Assembly (NCBI GenBank): GCA_020057885.1
Contig: JAGVEX010000015.1
Span: forward strand, 130,168 to 194,167
From: a bacterium
Lineage (GTDB): Bacteria > Patescibacteriota > Patescibacteriia > Veblenbacterales > UBA10138
Length of the DNA stretch: 64,000 nt
Direction of reading: 5' to 3'
Position numbers and translations under genes: made by a program
Notes under the pieces: generated by a model
Seen by the model: only the letters and a program-made list of their open reading frames with translations
What the model was told of the DNA's origin: nothing
The model's database searches: none
Shown: one piece after another, positions 10,639-20,131 of the stretch
Position numbering within the stretch: the first letter of the stretch is position 1
How the letters are laid out: each line of letters starts with the position of its first letter

Positions 10639-11130
10639 TTAAGGTCTTGGCATCATTGGTAATGGTGCAAGCGGAAGAGCTCCAGAAGGATCAAATACGC
10701 GTATCATTTTTGCCAATACCGATCCATTATTTTGCGGAGAGCCAATTACTACAATACGGTCGTCAACTTTTAAATCAGATGATTGAATAGCCTGCCTGCC
10801 TTTGTTGATCGTCGTAGTGCTATCGGTGGCAATAATCTTTTCAACATTGTCGGATCCTTTAACAATTATTAAACCGCTATCGATTTTAATAATACTACCA
10901 GCTACGCCGTGCCCACTGGTAAAATCTCTGCCCTCAAAATCATTTAAAAAACCGCCTCTGGGTCCGCCAAACGCACGGTGATAATTATCACCCCAACCAA
11001 AAGTAAAATTAGCTTTTCTAAAACCAATAAATACGCCAAGTTGAAATACTAGCAATAAAACAATCAACCCACCCAATCCCATAAGTACCAATTTAAATTG
11101 TTTTGACTTAAAAAAATTTTGTATATCCAT
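10639..11130 (-). CDS. membrane-anchored OB-fold protein (DUF5666-like)
   Basis: N-terminal TM; DLKVDDRIVVIG......G.V.A..IRV; resembles 6433..6879. Confidence 0.65.
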   Translation of the reverse strand: MDIQNFFKSKQFKLVLMGLGGLIVLLLVFQLGVFIGFRKANFTFGWGDNYHRAFGGPRGGFLNDFEGRDFTSGHGVAGSIIKIDSGLIIVKGSDNVEKIIATDSTTTINKGRQAIQSSDLKVDDRIVVIGSPQNNGSVLAKMIRVFDPSGALPLAPLPMMPRP

Positions 11131-11134
11131 ATTA

Positions 11135-11566
11135 TTATATTTTATTAACTAAATTAAAATTATGTTGATGATTAAAAATTATTTTACCATATTTAAATTC
11201 AGATTTGATTACTAAAAGCAGGGCAAATGCCACTGCAAGTAATTCAACGGTGCTAATAATAGGCAATGATTCCAATAAACTAAGGCCAAAATTCTGCCAC
11301 TCTGCAATTATTAGATTAAAATCGTAAAATAATAATGATACATACTGATCAAAGCCAGATTGGGTCATGTTAAATTGGAACGACTGCCAAATTGGAATAA
11401 TTGCGGCCAAGATTATTAACAAAAAGGCAGAGACTAGACTAAATCGGCGTATAGCCATAAGCCTTTTTTGCCTATCAATCCGAAGCATGACTTTATCAAG
11501 CAAGCCAGATGGTGCTTCTATAAATCCTTGATTAATAGGGTTTTTATTATCAGTTTGCATAACCAT
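11135..11566 (-). CDS. membrane protein, putative anti-sigma factor (start moved to ATG at 11566 or 11560)
   Basis: Follows the ECF sigma gene; EAPSGLLDKVMLRI N-terminus typical of ECF partners; 2 TM helices. Confidence 0.6.
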   Translation of the reverse strand: MVMQTDNKNPINQGFIEAPSGLLDKVMLRIDRQKRLMAIRRFSLVSAFLLIILAAIIPIWQSFQFNMTQSGFDQYVSLLFYDFNLIIAEWQNFGLSLLESLPIISTVELLAVAFALLLVIKSEFKYGKIIFNHQHNFNLVNKI

Positions 11567-11578
11567 ACTTAATATTAA

Positions 11579-11605
11579 TACGAAACAAGGATGCATTTTG
11601 GTGCA
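11579..11605 (-). promoter_or_regulatory. putative ECF promoter P2, TGCACC-N17-CGTA
   Basis: ECF-like -10 CGTA; the motif is repeated with identical spacing at 11690-11716. Confidence 0.6.
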
Positions 11606-11617
11606 TCCTTGTTTTTA

Positions 11618-11680
11618 TGCTTGATACAAGGAGGTAATGTCCTTTTATCCAAGCAGAGAGCTGGGCTAAAAAATGCTCCC
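11618..11680 (-). ncRNA. putative small structured RNA or leader with an anti-SD motif
   Basis: Two hairpins, GGGAGC/GCUCUC and UGCUUGGAUAAAAGGA/UCCUUGUAUCAAGCA; the second carries AUUACCUCCUU; lies directly downstream of P1. Confidence 0.45.
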
Positions 11681-11689
11681 ATATATAAA

Positions 11690-11716
11690 TACATCCACCA
11701 CGCCAAATTTGGTGCA
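11690..11716 (-). promoter_or_regulatory. putative ECF promoter P1, TGCACC-N17-TGTA
   Basis: atgcaccaaa-N14-(c/t)gtatt occurs twice, 111 bp apart; this copy abuts the sigma stop codon. Confidence 0.55.
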
Positions 11717-12277
11717 TTAAATGCCTAATATTTTTTTAAGCAAAGATAAAGCGCGACGATAACGGCTTTTAACAGTATTTATTGATTCATTGTTTAACTC
11801 AGCAATCTCTCTAAAATTTAAATCTTTTTGATGATGCAATGAAACAACTTCGGCATATTTTGGCGTAAGCTTACCTATAGCACCGCTTAATTTATCTGAC
11901 AATAAAGTATTCTCTGCTTTTATATCCGTTTGTTGAAACTCATCAACCAAATGCTCCTCTAACCAATTATCTCCCTCTTCTCTGTCAAAATTAGAAAAAG
12001 GAATGGCTGATTTTTTCTTTAAAAGATCTAGGGCAGTATTCTTAATTATCTGATAAAGCCAAGGTTTAAATTTCTTAGTCTGATCAAATTTATGCAAATT
12101 GCGCCAAATTTTAACAAATACATCTTGGGTAATGTCTTCCGCGTCGTCACTATTACGCACATACCTATAAGCAAAGTTATATACCAACTTCAAATAACGC
12201 GCTACCAAAACCTCCAACGCTTCTTTGTTGTCATCAATTGCCAATTTAACCAATTGTTCGTCTGAATAATTATTCAT
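11717..12277 (-). CDS. ECF RNA polymerase sigma factor
   Basis: Region 2 DAEDITQDVFVKIW...FKPWLYQI..N; region 4 EIAEL...SINTVKSRYRRA. Confidence 0.93.
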   Translation of the reverse strand: MNNYSDEQLVKLAIDDNKEALEVLVARYLKLVYNFAYRYVRNSDDAEDITQDVFVKIWRNLHKFDQTKKFKPWLYQIIKNTALDLLKKKSAIPFSNFDREEGDNWLEEHLVDEFQQTDIKAENTLLSDKLSGAIGKLTPKYAEVVSLHHQKDLNFREIAELNNESINTVKSRYRRALSLLKKILGI

Positions 12278-12309
12278 ACCCAAACATTATACACTGCTTA
12301 CAAGATTAA

Positions 12310-12834
12310 CTATAAATTCGATTTGGGTGGTGTTTGTTTTGAACGGATACTTTCTATTTCGTTTAATAATTGTTTAAGCGTGCTTTCTATCTTACTATAA
12401 TCGCTCATAGAAGGGACGTGCTCTTTTTTGTTTTCACTGGAAAGCTCATCAACATCTTCTGAAATATCCTCTACGTCTTCTGATAAGCCCTCCACATCTT
12501 CAGAAATTTCTTCAACATTTTTAGTAACCTCTTCCACATCTTCGGCTACATCCTCAATATCCTCGGCCACTTCTTCTAAAGTTTCACTATGCCGATTAAC
12601 AGTATATTGAATTAAAATTGCCAAATAAATAGCCTCTAACGAAACTATGGTGGTTAATATTAAAAGTACTTCTTCCATAGAAAAACCAAAAATGGGGGCT
12701 ACTACAACTCCCGCGAATATTATTGTATGCGTAACAAGAGAACTGGTTGAACCAATCCACCTCGTTAAACGATGTGTAATAACATCAAGTCTGGTTAGTT
12801 GAGGCTTAATATTTTGTTTAATTTCCTCAGACAT
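12310..12834 (-). CDS. DUF1003-like membrane protein with an acidic heptad coiled coil
   Basis: LTTIVSLEAIYLAILIQ motif followed by about 7 (V/I)EE(V/I)SED-like heptads. Confidence 0.75.
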   Translation of the reverse strand: MSEEIKQNIKPQLTRLDVITHRLTRWIGSTSSLVTHTIIFAGVVVAPIFGFSMEEVLLILTTIVSLEAIYLAILIQYTVNRHSETLEEVAEDIEDVAEDVEEVTKNVEEISEDVEGLSEDVEDISEDVDELSSENKKEHVPSMSDYSKIESTLKQLLNEIESIRSKQTPPKSNL

Positions 12835-12852
12835 GGCTAAATTATAACACGA

Positions 12853-12888
12853 TATTTAAAAACAGTCCTCATAGACTGTTTTTAAATA
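12853..12888. terminator. intrinsic terminator-like hairpin
   Basis: tatttaaaaacagtc-N6-gactgtttttaaata. Confidence 0.7.
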
Positions 12889-12919
12889 ATAATTTTGTGA
12901 CGTTTTAAAACTAACTCTT

Positions 12920-13285
12920 CTATAATTCGGTATATTTGGAATGTTTTCCGTGTGACTTGGAAATAGGATATTTATTCTCATTTTGCTTTAATTTTTTCTC
13001 TAAGGCCTCACAAATATCAATACCCAAATCACTGCTAAATAATAACACCCAATAAAATACATCAGCCAGCTCCTCTCCAATATCATCTTTATTAGTCTTA
13101 ATATAATTTTCTATTTCTTCCTTGTTTTTCCACTGAAAATGCTCAAGCACTTCAGCCGCCTCCAATACTAATGACAAAGCCAAATCTTTGGGATTATGAA
13201 ACTGTTTCCAATCCCTGGCATCTCTAAACTCTATTATTTTTTCTGTTAGCTCTTTAATATCTGATATACGGTTATATTTTAACAA
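12920..13285 (-). CDS. MazG-like nucleotide pyrophosphohydrolase (dCTPase-like); start uncertain
   Basis: RDWKQFHNPKDLA...EAAEVLEHFQW...EELADV. Confidence 0.9.
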   Translation of the reverse strand: MLKYNRISDIKELTEKIIEFRDARDWKQFHNPKDLALSLVLEAAEVLEHFQWKNKEEIENYIKTNKDDIGEELADVFYWVLLFSSDLGIDICEALEKKLKQNENKYPISKSHGKHSKYTEL

Positions 13286-13309
13286 TTATTTATCCTGTAC
13301 TTACCGGTT

Positions 13310-13720
13310 TTATTTCCGCGTCTGCAGAAAAGTTTTTAAATCTAACCTTGTCTTTTCAGTCAAATTATATTCAAAAACCTTATCAAATGGAATCCAGTCA
13401 AATCCCTCTCCTTCACCCAGTCGCATTTGTGATTTATTTAAATCACTCTCAATAAAAAATACATACCTATGGGTCTGCAATTCTTCGTTAAAATAATCAC
13501 AGAGCGACTCAATTTTATCTAGTGGTATTTCTATATTCAATTCTTCCCTAATTTCCCTCACAAATGTCTGCTTGGGCTCTTCTTCACCTCTGTTCAAGCC
13601 ACCAAAGAATGCCCATTTATTTGCGTTCACTTTTGTTTTTGTATCTCTTTTATGTAACAAAACTGATTCAATTTTAGAGTTATATAGAAATCCACCAGCG
13701 TAAAATTTTTCTTTTTTCAT
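13310..13720 (-). CDS. Nudix hydrolase
   Basis: FFGG....EE.......REIREEL Nudix box. Confidence 0.85.
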   Translation of the reverse strand: MKKEKFYAGGFLYNSKIESVLLHKRDTKTKVNANKWAFFGGLNRGEEEPKQTFVREIREELNIEIPLDKIESLCDYFNEELQTHRYVFFIESDLNKSQMRLGEGEGFDWIPFDKVFEYNLTEKTRLDLKTFLQTRK

Positions 13721-13746
13721 ATTCCTACGCCCCATAGCATTTTTTA

Positions 13747-13779
13747 TCCCAGTAGTAGAAGCTTCGCTCCACTACGGGA
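13747..13779. repeat. GC-rich imperfect hairpin (REP-like)
   Basis: tcccagtagtagaagcttcgctccactacggga within an AT-rich spacer. Confidence 0.5.
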
Positions 13780-13842
13780 CTGCGCTACATTTATCTCTTT
13801 AAATAAAATTTGCAATATATTTAACTTTAATTATATAAGAAT

Positions 13843-16563
13843 TTACATTCCATGGCATCGCTTGTACTTCTTGCCACTCCCACATGGACAAAGGTCGTTG
13901 CGGCCGACTTTGTGCCCTTCAACATCACGCGGTTTAGAGGTTACTGCTCCGCCACCTATTAACGCCGAAGAAAAAACATCCTTGCCCTCAGCCATAGTTT
14001 TAGCAGGACCCTTCTCCTGCATTTGAAAGCGCGGAGCCTCTTGCTCACGTATTAAATTTTGCACTACCGCTGTTTTATAAATATTGTAAACCACCTCGTC
14101 CTGAATAGAGGCTAATAAATCTTTAAACATTTTATATCCTTCGCGTTTATATTCAACCAAAGGGTCTCGTTGGCCATAACCCTGCAAACTAATGCCGCCT
14201 CGCAAATGATCCATAGCTGTTAAATGCTTTACCCACAAACCATCAATTGAACGTAAGAGTAAAGTTTTTTCTGCTTCACGCATAATATTTTTGTGATTAG
14301 GTAAGCCTGCTTTGATAGCATTACTCGTTAACTCATGCTCTAGTTTTTCATAAGCCTCATGTGCTAATTTTTCAAGATAAGTAATAATTTTAGCGCGTGC
14401 TTTAGCATCGGCCGAAGCATCCCCCGCCTCTGCCTCTAACTCATCTAATTTTTTTCTCACTTCGCGTGGGATTAGGAAAACGGAATGAACCACTTCATAA
14501 ATTTCTTCTAAATTCCATTTTGATTCATCTTCTAATGCTGTATGAAAAGCCACTACCTCAGAAATTTCTTTATCCACCATTTCTAGTACCTGCGCTTTAA
14601 TGTCGGGCAAATTATCCTGAGCCGCGCGCAAAACTTCACGACGGCGATTATAAACCGCTTCACGTTGTTTATTTAGCACGTCATCATATTCCACCAAGTG
14701 TTTACGAATATCAAAATTATTGCCTTCTACTTTTTTTTGAGCTGTGGCAATAGATTTCGAAACTAAACTATTTTCAATTGGCATATCGTCGGGCAAACCT
14801 AACCGTGCCATTAAACCTTTTACACGGTCGCCACCAAATATACGCATTAAATCATCTTCCAAGCTCACATAAAACTGCGATGAACCCGGGTCACCCTGAC
14901 GACCGCTACGACCACGCAACTGATTATCAATACGGCGCGCTTCGTGCCGTTCAGTACCCAAAACGTGCAAACCGCCAGCCTGGCGCACAAAATCAGCCTC
15001 CGTTTCATCGGGCGGTGAACCACCCAAAATAATATCCACACCGCGGCCTGCCATGTTAGTAGCAATAGTTACTGCACCACGGCGACCAGCTTGCGCTATA
15101 ATGGCCGCTTCACGCTCGTGGTTTTTAGCATTCAAAAGTTCATGCGGCACGCCTTCGCCCTGTAACAGTTCGGATAAAACCTCATTTCTTTCAATAGAAA
15201 TTGTACCCACCAGCACGGGTTGTCCAGCCGCGTGCAAACGCTTAATTTCTTCCACCACTGCTTTAAACTTACCTGTTTCATTTTTATAAATTCTATCTGA
15301 CAAATCTTGCCTTATCATTGGTTTGTTGGTCGGAATAGAAACAACATCAAGTTTATAAATTTTATAAAACTCTTCTGCTTCGGTAACAGCCGTACCTGTC
15401 ATGCCGGCCAATTTTTCGTATAATCTAAAATAATTCTGAAAAGTAATGGTAGCTAGAGTTAATGATTCGCGCTGGATTTTTACATTTTCTTTGGCCTCAA
15501 TAGCCTGATGCAAGCCTTCGGAATAACGGCGACCAAACATTAAACGGCCGGTAAACTCATCCACAATAACAATTTCGTCATCACGGACCACGTATTCACG
15601 ATCGCGCTTAAAAAGCGCTTTAGCTTTTACGGCCTGCTCTAAATGATGCACCATTTCAAAACCACCCTCTTCATACAAATTTTTTACCTCCAACCACTTT
15701 TCAGCCTTATTAATCCCCTCTTCAGTTAAAGTAGTAGCACGCATTTTTTCATCTAGGTTATAATCTGTATTCTCCTGCAAATTATCAACAAAGCGGGCGA
15801 CGTCATAATATTTTTGTACTGCCTCTTCCGCTGGCGCGGAAATAATTAGAGGCGTACGGGCCTCATCAATTAAAATTGAGTCAACCTCGTCGACAATAGC
15901 ATAGTGCAGTGGGCGCTGTACCATTTCTTCCAAACGCCACACCATGTTATCGCGCAAATAATCAAAACCAAATTCATTGTTAGTGCCATAAGTAATATCG
16001 GCGTGGTAAGCTTCGCGGCGCGGCACTAAACGCAAATTCGCAAAAGTAGGATCTTCTTTAACAACTGTCGGATCGTATAAATAAGCTGACTCGTGATTAA
16101 TACAAGCCACGCTTAAACCAAGGCTGGAATACACTTTGCCCATCCAAATACAGTCACGGCGAGCCAAATAATCGTTCACGGTTATCACATGCACGCCTTT
16201 ACTCGCCAACGCGTTTAAATAAACCGGCGCAGTAGCGGTAAGAGTTTTTCCTTCACCTGTTCTCATTTCCGCAATTTGACCACGATGCAAAACAACGCCG
16301 CCGATTAACTGCGCATCAAAATGTCTTTGTTTTAATACACGACTAGAGGCTTCTCTCACTACCGCAAAAGCCTCCGCTAAAATATCATCTAAATTCTCGC
16401 CCTTATTAAGCCGCTCGCGAAATTCAACCGTACGGTTTTTAAGAGCTTCGTCGCTTAATTTTTTAACTTCTTCTTCTAGTGCATTTATGCCATCAACCAA
16501 CGGTCGGATTTTTTGCACCGCCCGTTCATTTGGATCGCCAAATAATTTAGTTAAGAAGGACAT
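13843..16563 (-). CDS. secA: preprotein translocase subunit SecA
   Basis: [35 protein letters not shown]; C-terminal SEC-C motif [13 protein letters not shown]. Confidence 0.99.
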   Translation of the reverse strand: MSFLTKLFGDPNERAVQKIRPLVDGINALEEEVKKLSDEALKNRTVEFRERLNKGENLDDILAEAFAVVREASSRVLKQRHFDAQLIGGVVLHRGQIAEMRTGEGKTLTATAPVYLNALASKGVHVITVNDYLARRDCIWMGKVYSSLGLSVACINHESAYLYDPTVVKEDPTFANLRLVPRREAYHADITYGTNNEFGFDYLRDNMVWRLEEMVQRPLHYAIVDEVDSILIDEARTPLIISAPAEEAVQKYYDVARFVDNLQENTDYNLDEKMRATTLTEEGINKAEKWLEVKNLYEEGGFEMVHHLEQAVKAKALFKRDREYVVRDDEIVIVDEFTGRLMFGRRYSEGLHQAIEAKENVKIQRESLTLATITFQNYFRLYEKLAGMTGTAVTEAEEFYKIYKLDVVSIPTNKPMIRQDLSDRIYKNETGKFKAVVEEIKRLHAAGQPVLVGTISIERNEVLSELLQGEGVPHELLNAKNHEREAAIIAQAGRRGAVTIATNMAGRGVDIILGGSPPDETEADFVRQAGGLHVLGTERHEARRIDNQLRGRSGRQGDPGSSQFYVSLEDDLMRIFGGDRVKGLMARLGLPDDMPIENSLVSKSIATAQKKVEGNNFDIRKHLVEYDDVLNKQREAVYNRRREVLRAAQDNLPDIKAQVLEMVDKEISEVVAFHTALEDESKWNLEEIYEVVHSVFLIPREVRKKLDELEAEAGDASADAKARAKIITYLEKLAHEAYEKLEHELTSNAIKAGLPNHKNIMREAEKTLLLRSIDGLWVKHLTAMDHLRGGISLQGYGQRDPLVEYKREGYKMFKDLLASIQDEVVYNIYKTAVVQNLIREQEAPRFQMQEKGPAKTMAEGKDVFSSALIGGGAVTSKPRDVEGHKVGRNDLCPCGSGKKYKRCHGM

Positions 16564-16600
16564 ACAATAGTGTAAATTACTGTAACATTTTTAATACCTC

Positions 16601-16629
16601 TTGACAAGAGATTAGCCATATGATACTAT
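16601..16629 (+). promoter_or_regulatory. sigma70 promoter
   Basis: TTGACA-N17-TACTAT with an extended TG. Confidence 0.7.
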
Positions 16630-16717
16630 TGTCTGTTAATAATTATAAAAATTAAAACATAAGAATATAAATAAAAAAACAAACAAATTTCTCATTAATA
16701 ATCTAAGAGGTAAAACC

Positions 16718-17227
16718 ATGAAAGAGTTTAAAATATTTATCGGAGTGATTTTTTGTCTGATCTTTGTGGTATGGTGTGCTACTGAACTTTATAGATACAT
16801 AACATTCAATATAGATGTTACTGATCGCCTTAAAAGAGCAGCGGACGCCAATACCATAGAATTGGCAATACAAGAAATGGATTATGTGATATCGTTCATT
16901 GAAAAAAAAGACTTAACTGATGGGTACACATCAGTTATATATAAAACACCAGATGAAGATGTTGGATTTTGGTACAACAATTTGAAAGCTTCATTACTGG
17001 AATTAAAAAAGGTTGAGCCAGCCACGACTCAGTTAGAAAAGTCAAACATCCTAATGAAACTCCGGGAAACATTAGTTGACCACGAAAAAGATGGTGTTAA
17101 TGTTACAATGCCCACAGGGATTAGTTTATTTCCATACAACGTCATCTTCGGCATCTGGGGAATAATAAATATAATATTACTTATCGTTGCTATAATACTT
17201 TTCACCTCCGCATATAACGAATGGTAA
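16718..17227 (+). CDS. hypothetical membrane protein (2 TM)
   Basis: 169 aa ORF with its own promoter, an SD-like aagagg and a downstream terminator. Confidence 0.75.
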   Translation: MKEFKIFIGVIFCLIFVVWCATELYRYITFNIDVTDRLKRAADANTIELAIQEMDYVISFIEKKDLTDGYTSVIYKTPDEDVGFWYNNLKASLLELKKVEPATTQLEKSNILMKLRETLVDHEKDGVNVTMPTGISLFPYNVIFGIWGIINIILLIVAIILFTSAYNEW

Positions 17228-17251
17228 TTAAATTTAAAAGGAAAAATTGCC

Positions 17252-17280
17252 AACCCTAGCTTAAAAAACTAGGGTTTTTA
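17252..17280 (+). terminator. intrinsic terminator
   Basis: aaccctag-N9-ctagggtt followed by a T-run. Confidence 0.75.
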
Positions 17281-17395
17281 TTTAAATTAGTAAAACCATG
17301 CCTTTCTAGTACAAAATTTGACAAGTCCAATAAACCTGCTAAAGTATTGACAATTTGGATACAAAACAAAAAATAAACAATATGGAGCAATCATT

Positions 17396-17671
17396 ATGAT
17401 CAAACAAAAATTTCTTTTTCACTTCACTATCCCATACATACCCAACCACATGACAAGCACTGTGGCTATAGATAAAATAAAAAAATACACTGGCCGAAAA
17501 AGTTTTCAAATTGGCAACCGAGCCGCTATCTCATTTAGCGCCACACTGACCATGAAGGCAAAAAATAAAAACAATATCAATATTCTGCTTGTCAAAATCG
17601 TTAAACAACTAAAAGAATCAAAAAAACTAAACCATAGTGGAATAAAATTTTTAAAAACAGAAATTGATTAA
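17396..17671 (+). CDS. hypothetical basic protein
   Basis: 91 aa ORF with upstream TTGACA (17318), an SD-like ggag and a downstream hairpin. Confidence 0.5.
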   Translation: MIKQKFLFHFTIPYIPNHMTSTVAIDKIKKYTGRKSFQIGNRAAISFSATLTMKAKNKNNINILLVKIVKQLKESKKLNHSGIKFLKTEID

Positions 17672-17693
17672 AAAAATTAATCACTATTACAAA

Positions 17694-17720
17694 ACTCCCG
17701 CTTGATTAACAAACGGGAGT
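17694..17720. terminator. terminator between convergent genes
   Basis: actcccg-N13-cgggagt. Confidence 0.6.
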
Positions 17721-17748
17721 AATTTATTTTACAAAAGAATAATATGCG

Positions 17749-18621
17749 TTATTTCTTACCAAAAAATGAATAGCCAATAATTTTATATCCTAGCTTGGCT
17801 GCCAAAAAATCACCAGCTGGTTGACCAGCAATCGGGGCAAGCTCCACAATGTCGGCTCCTACAATTTTTTTAACTTTTGCTACTTCTCGAATCAAATTAA
17901 TAACTTGATACCAATTTAATCCACCTGGCTCTGGTGTGCCTGTGCCTGGCATTATACTTGGATCAAAACCATCTACATCCACTGTAATATAAACTTGCTC
18001 ACTTAAACCTTTAAGCACTTGGGCAATAGGCACCTCTGGCGCTTGAAAAATTTTGTCACTAAGGCGCGCTTTTTTAATAAATTGCACGTCGTCTTCGCTT
18101 ACTGAACGAATGCCAACCGCCACAACTCCTACACCCAAATCATAAACCCGCTTCATAGCGCAAGCGTGGCTCCAGCGTGAACCTTGATACTCGTCGCGCA
18201 AATCAGTGTGTGCGTCAATTTGTAAAACCGAAAGATTTTTATAATTCTTTTTCAAAGCGGCCACTACCCCTGGTGTTATTGAATGCTCTCCACCCAAAAC
18301 CAATGGCCATTTTTTCTCTTTAAGAATATTACTAACGCCATCTTCTACTCTTTTTACTTGCGCCTCGGGACCAGACATATCTGGCTCAAGCTCAGGCAGG
18401 GTAAAAAAGCCAAGTTTGGAAAAATCTCGCCCCAGCTCGGCGTCCCATAATTCCACATGGCGCGAAGCTTCTATAATCGCGGCTGGACCTTTACTCGTAC
18501 CGCCGCCATAAGTAATAGTCGACTCGTAAGGCACAGGTAAAATAGCTACTTTAGCTTTAGGCCAAGAGGTATCTAATAATCCGCCATAATTGTAAGGTTC
18601 TTTGGAAAATTTAAGTTTCAT
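17749..18621 (-). CDS. speB: agmatinase
   Basis: GGEHS, DAHTD and DVDGFDPSIMPGTGTPEPGG ureohydrolase motifs; adjacent to the decarboxylase. Confidence 0.93.
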   Translation of the reverse strand: MKLKFSKEPYNYGGLLDTSWPKAKVAILPVPYESTITYGGGTSKGPAAIIEASRHVELWDAELGRDFSKLGFFTLPELEPDMSGPEAQVKRVEDGVSNILKEKKWPLVLGGEHSITPGVVAALKKNYKNLSVLQIDAHTDLRDEYQGSRWSHACAMKRVYDLGVGVVAVGIRSVSEDDVQFIKKARLSDKIFQAPEVPIAQVLKGLSEQVYITVDVDGFDPSIMPGTGTPEPGGLNWYQVINLIREVAKVKKIVGADIVELAPIAGQPAGDFLAAKLGYKIIGYSFFGKK

Positions 18622-18643
18622 AAAATTTAAAATTATAATATCT

Positions 18644-18734
18644 AAATCCTAAATAAATTCAAATTTCAAAATAAAAACTTTTAACATTTGGATTTGGGTA
18701 TTGTTTAGAAATTAGGATTTTGAATTTAGGATTT
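18644..18734. repeat. AT-rich heptamer-periodic inverted element
   Basis: aaatcctaaat...atttaggattt ends; internal ~7 nt units such as ttaggat and tttgaat. Confidence 0.6.
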
Positions 18735-18741
18735 GAATTGT

Positions 18742-20106
18742 TTACCATCCAAACTGTTTGCCAACTTCTTCGGCCGACTCGCGCTTGCGTGCAATTGTTA
18801 ACACACCGTTTTGGGCAATTATTTTAGCAGGACTGGAAAGCAAACAATGATGCGAAGCTAAGGCATCTTGATAAGCGCCTGTGTCTAAAATAGCCACGTA
18901 TTGATGATCACCATTCTCTAAATCTTCCAAACGCGGCAAAAGCACATAATTTCCACCGTTGGTATATTTATCATCTGAATCGCAAGAAAGTCCAGCCAAC
19001 CAAGTACGACTTAACTTTTTAGCATTCATATTATTAACCGGTACCACTTGCCATTTTTGATGAATAGCCCAAGTATCTTTAAGGTCATTCATAAAACTAC
19101 CGTCGATAATATACCATTTTTTAGCCACTGCTTTTTCAATAGCTTTTTCATTTAATATACGATAAATAGTTACCTGCGCTGGAGCGACTAAATAACTCCC
19201 CCATTCGCACAAAATATCAGGATTAGGAATACCCGCCCTATCGGTTGCTTTTTGAATAAGTCGGATAACCCGTTTAACAACCGATTCCATACTAAAAAGC
19301 GGCTTACCCTCAAAGGGAACGGGAAAACCGCCACCAATATCAATCATATCCAAATTTGGATTCACTTTGTGAAGTTTTACATAAAGATCTAAAGCTTTCT
19401 TAAGCGGCGCAATAATATCTTCTTGATACTCTATTTGTTTTGACATGTGATAATGTAACAGCTTGAGGTTGCGGATTCTCCCTAAACTCAAAATTTCCTG
19501 AGCTGACATACCAAAACGGCCAACTTTTTTATCCCAATGAGCGCGTATTTTAACATCGGGATCAAGTCTAATACCAATATCACCCTTAAAACCGTTAATG
19601 GCGGTTAATTCCACTTTATCTTCTATAATGGGGGTTATCTGTAAACCCTTGTCGCGTAACTCGGAAATTAGCGAAAGATAATAATTAGTCTTAGGGCCAT
19701 TGCAAATAACACGAATACGATTATTAAATTGCCCTTGTTCCCACAAACGTTTTACCATCCACAATTCATTAGCGCTTGTCACCTCTAAATTTCCACCCTC
19801 GGAAATAATCGGCAATACCAACTCTTTGTTCTGACTGGCCTTCATTGGATAATGATAAATAAACTTACCTCGATAACGATAAGTTTTTATCCACTTATTA
19901 AAAGTATCTATTAATCCCTGCAAACGACGTTCCACCACAAACGGAAAAACCATTTCCAAAGAAGTGCCAAACTTTTTTGTAAGATCGTAGAGATTATATT
20001 GATAATTACCCTCTTTAACCACCAACTGTCCGTTTTTATTAATATCAAAAAACTCCGTAGCCAAATCAGCTCTTCCCAATTTCCAAAATTTACGGTATTT
20101 TGTCAT
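18742..20106 (-). CDS. speA: arginine decarboxylase (fold-type III PLP, short form); start moved to 20106
   Basis: HYPMKAS (PLP lysine), DIGGG, EWG, GLSCDSDD, DTGAYQ; adjacent to agmatinase. Confidence 0.8.
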   Translation of the reverse strand: MTKYRKFWKLGRADLATEFFDINKNGQLVVKEGNYQYNLYDLTKKFGTSLEMVFPFVVERRLQGLIDTFNKWIKTYRYRGKFIYHYPMKASQNKELVLPIISEGGNLEVTSANELWMVKRLWEQGQFNNRIRVICNGPKTNYYLSLISELRDKGLQITPIIEDKVELTAINGFKGDIGIRLDPDVKIRAHWDKKVGRFGMSAQEILSLGRIRNLKLLHYHMSKQIEYQEDIIAPLKKALDLYVKLHKVNPNLDMIDIGGGFPVPFEGKPLFSMESVVKRVIRLIQKATDRAGIPNPDILCEWGSYLVAPAQVTIYRILNEKAIEKAVAKKWYIIDGSFMNDLKDTWAIHQKWQVVPVNNMNAKKLSRTWLAGLSCDSDDKYTNGGNYVLLPRLEDLENGDHQYVAILDTGAYQDALASHHCLLSSPAKIIAQNGVLTIARKRESAEEVGKQFGW

Positions 20107-20131
20107 TTTTTTAAAAATAGAATTTACCACT

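Noticed and set aside
11628-11669. Plus-strand AAGGAGGT followed by a 10-codon ORF
   Set aside because: The ATG is only 1 nt from the SD, too close for initiation; the motif is better explained on the minus strand
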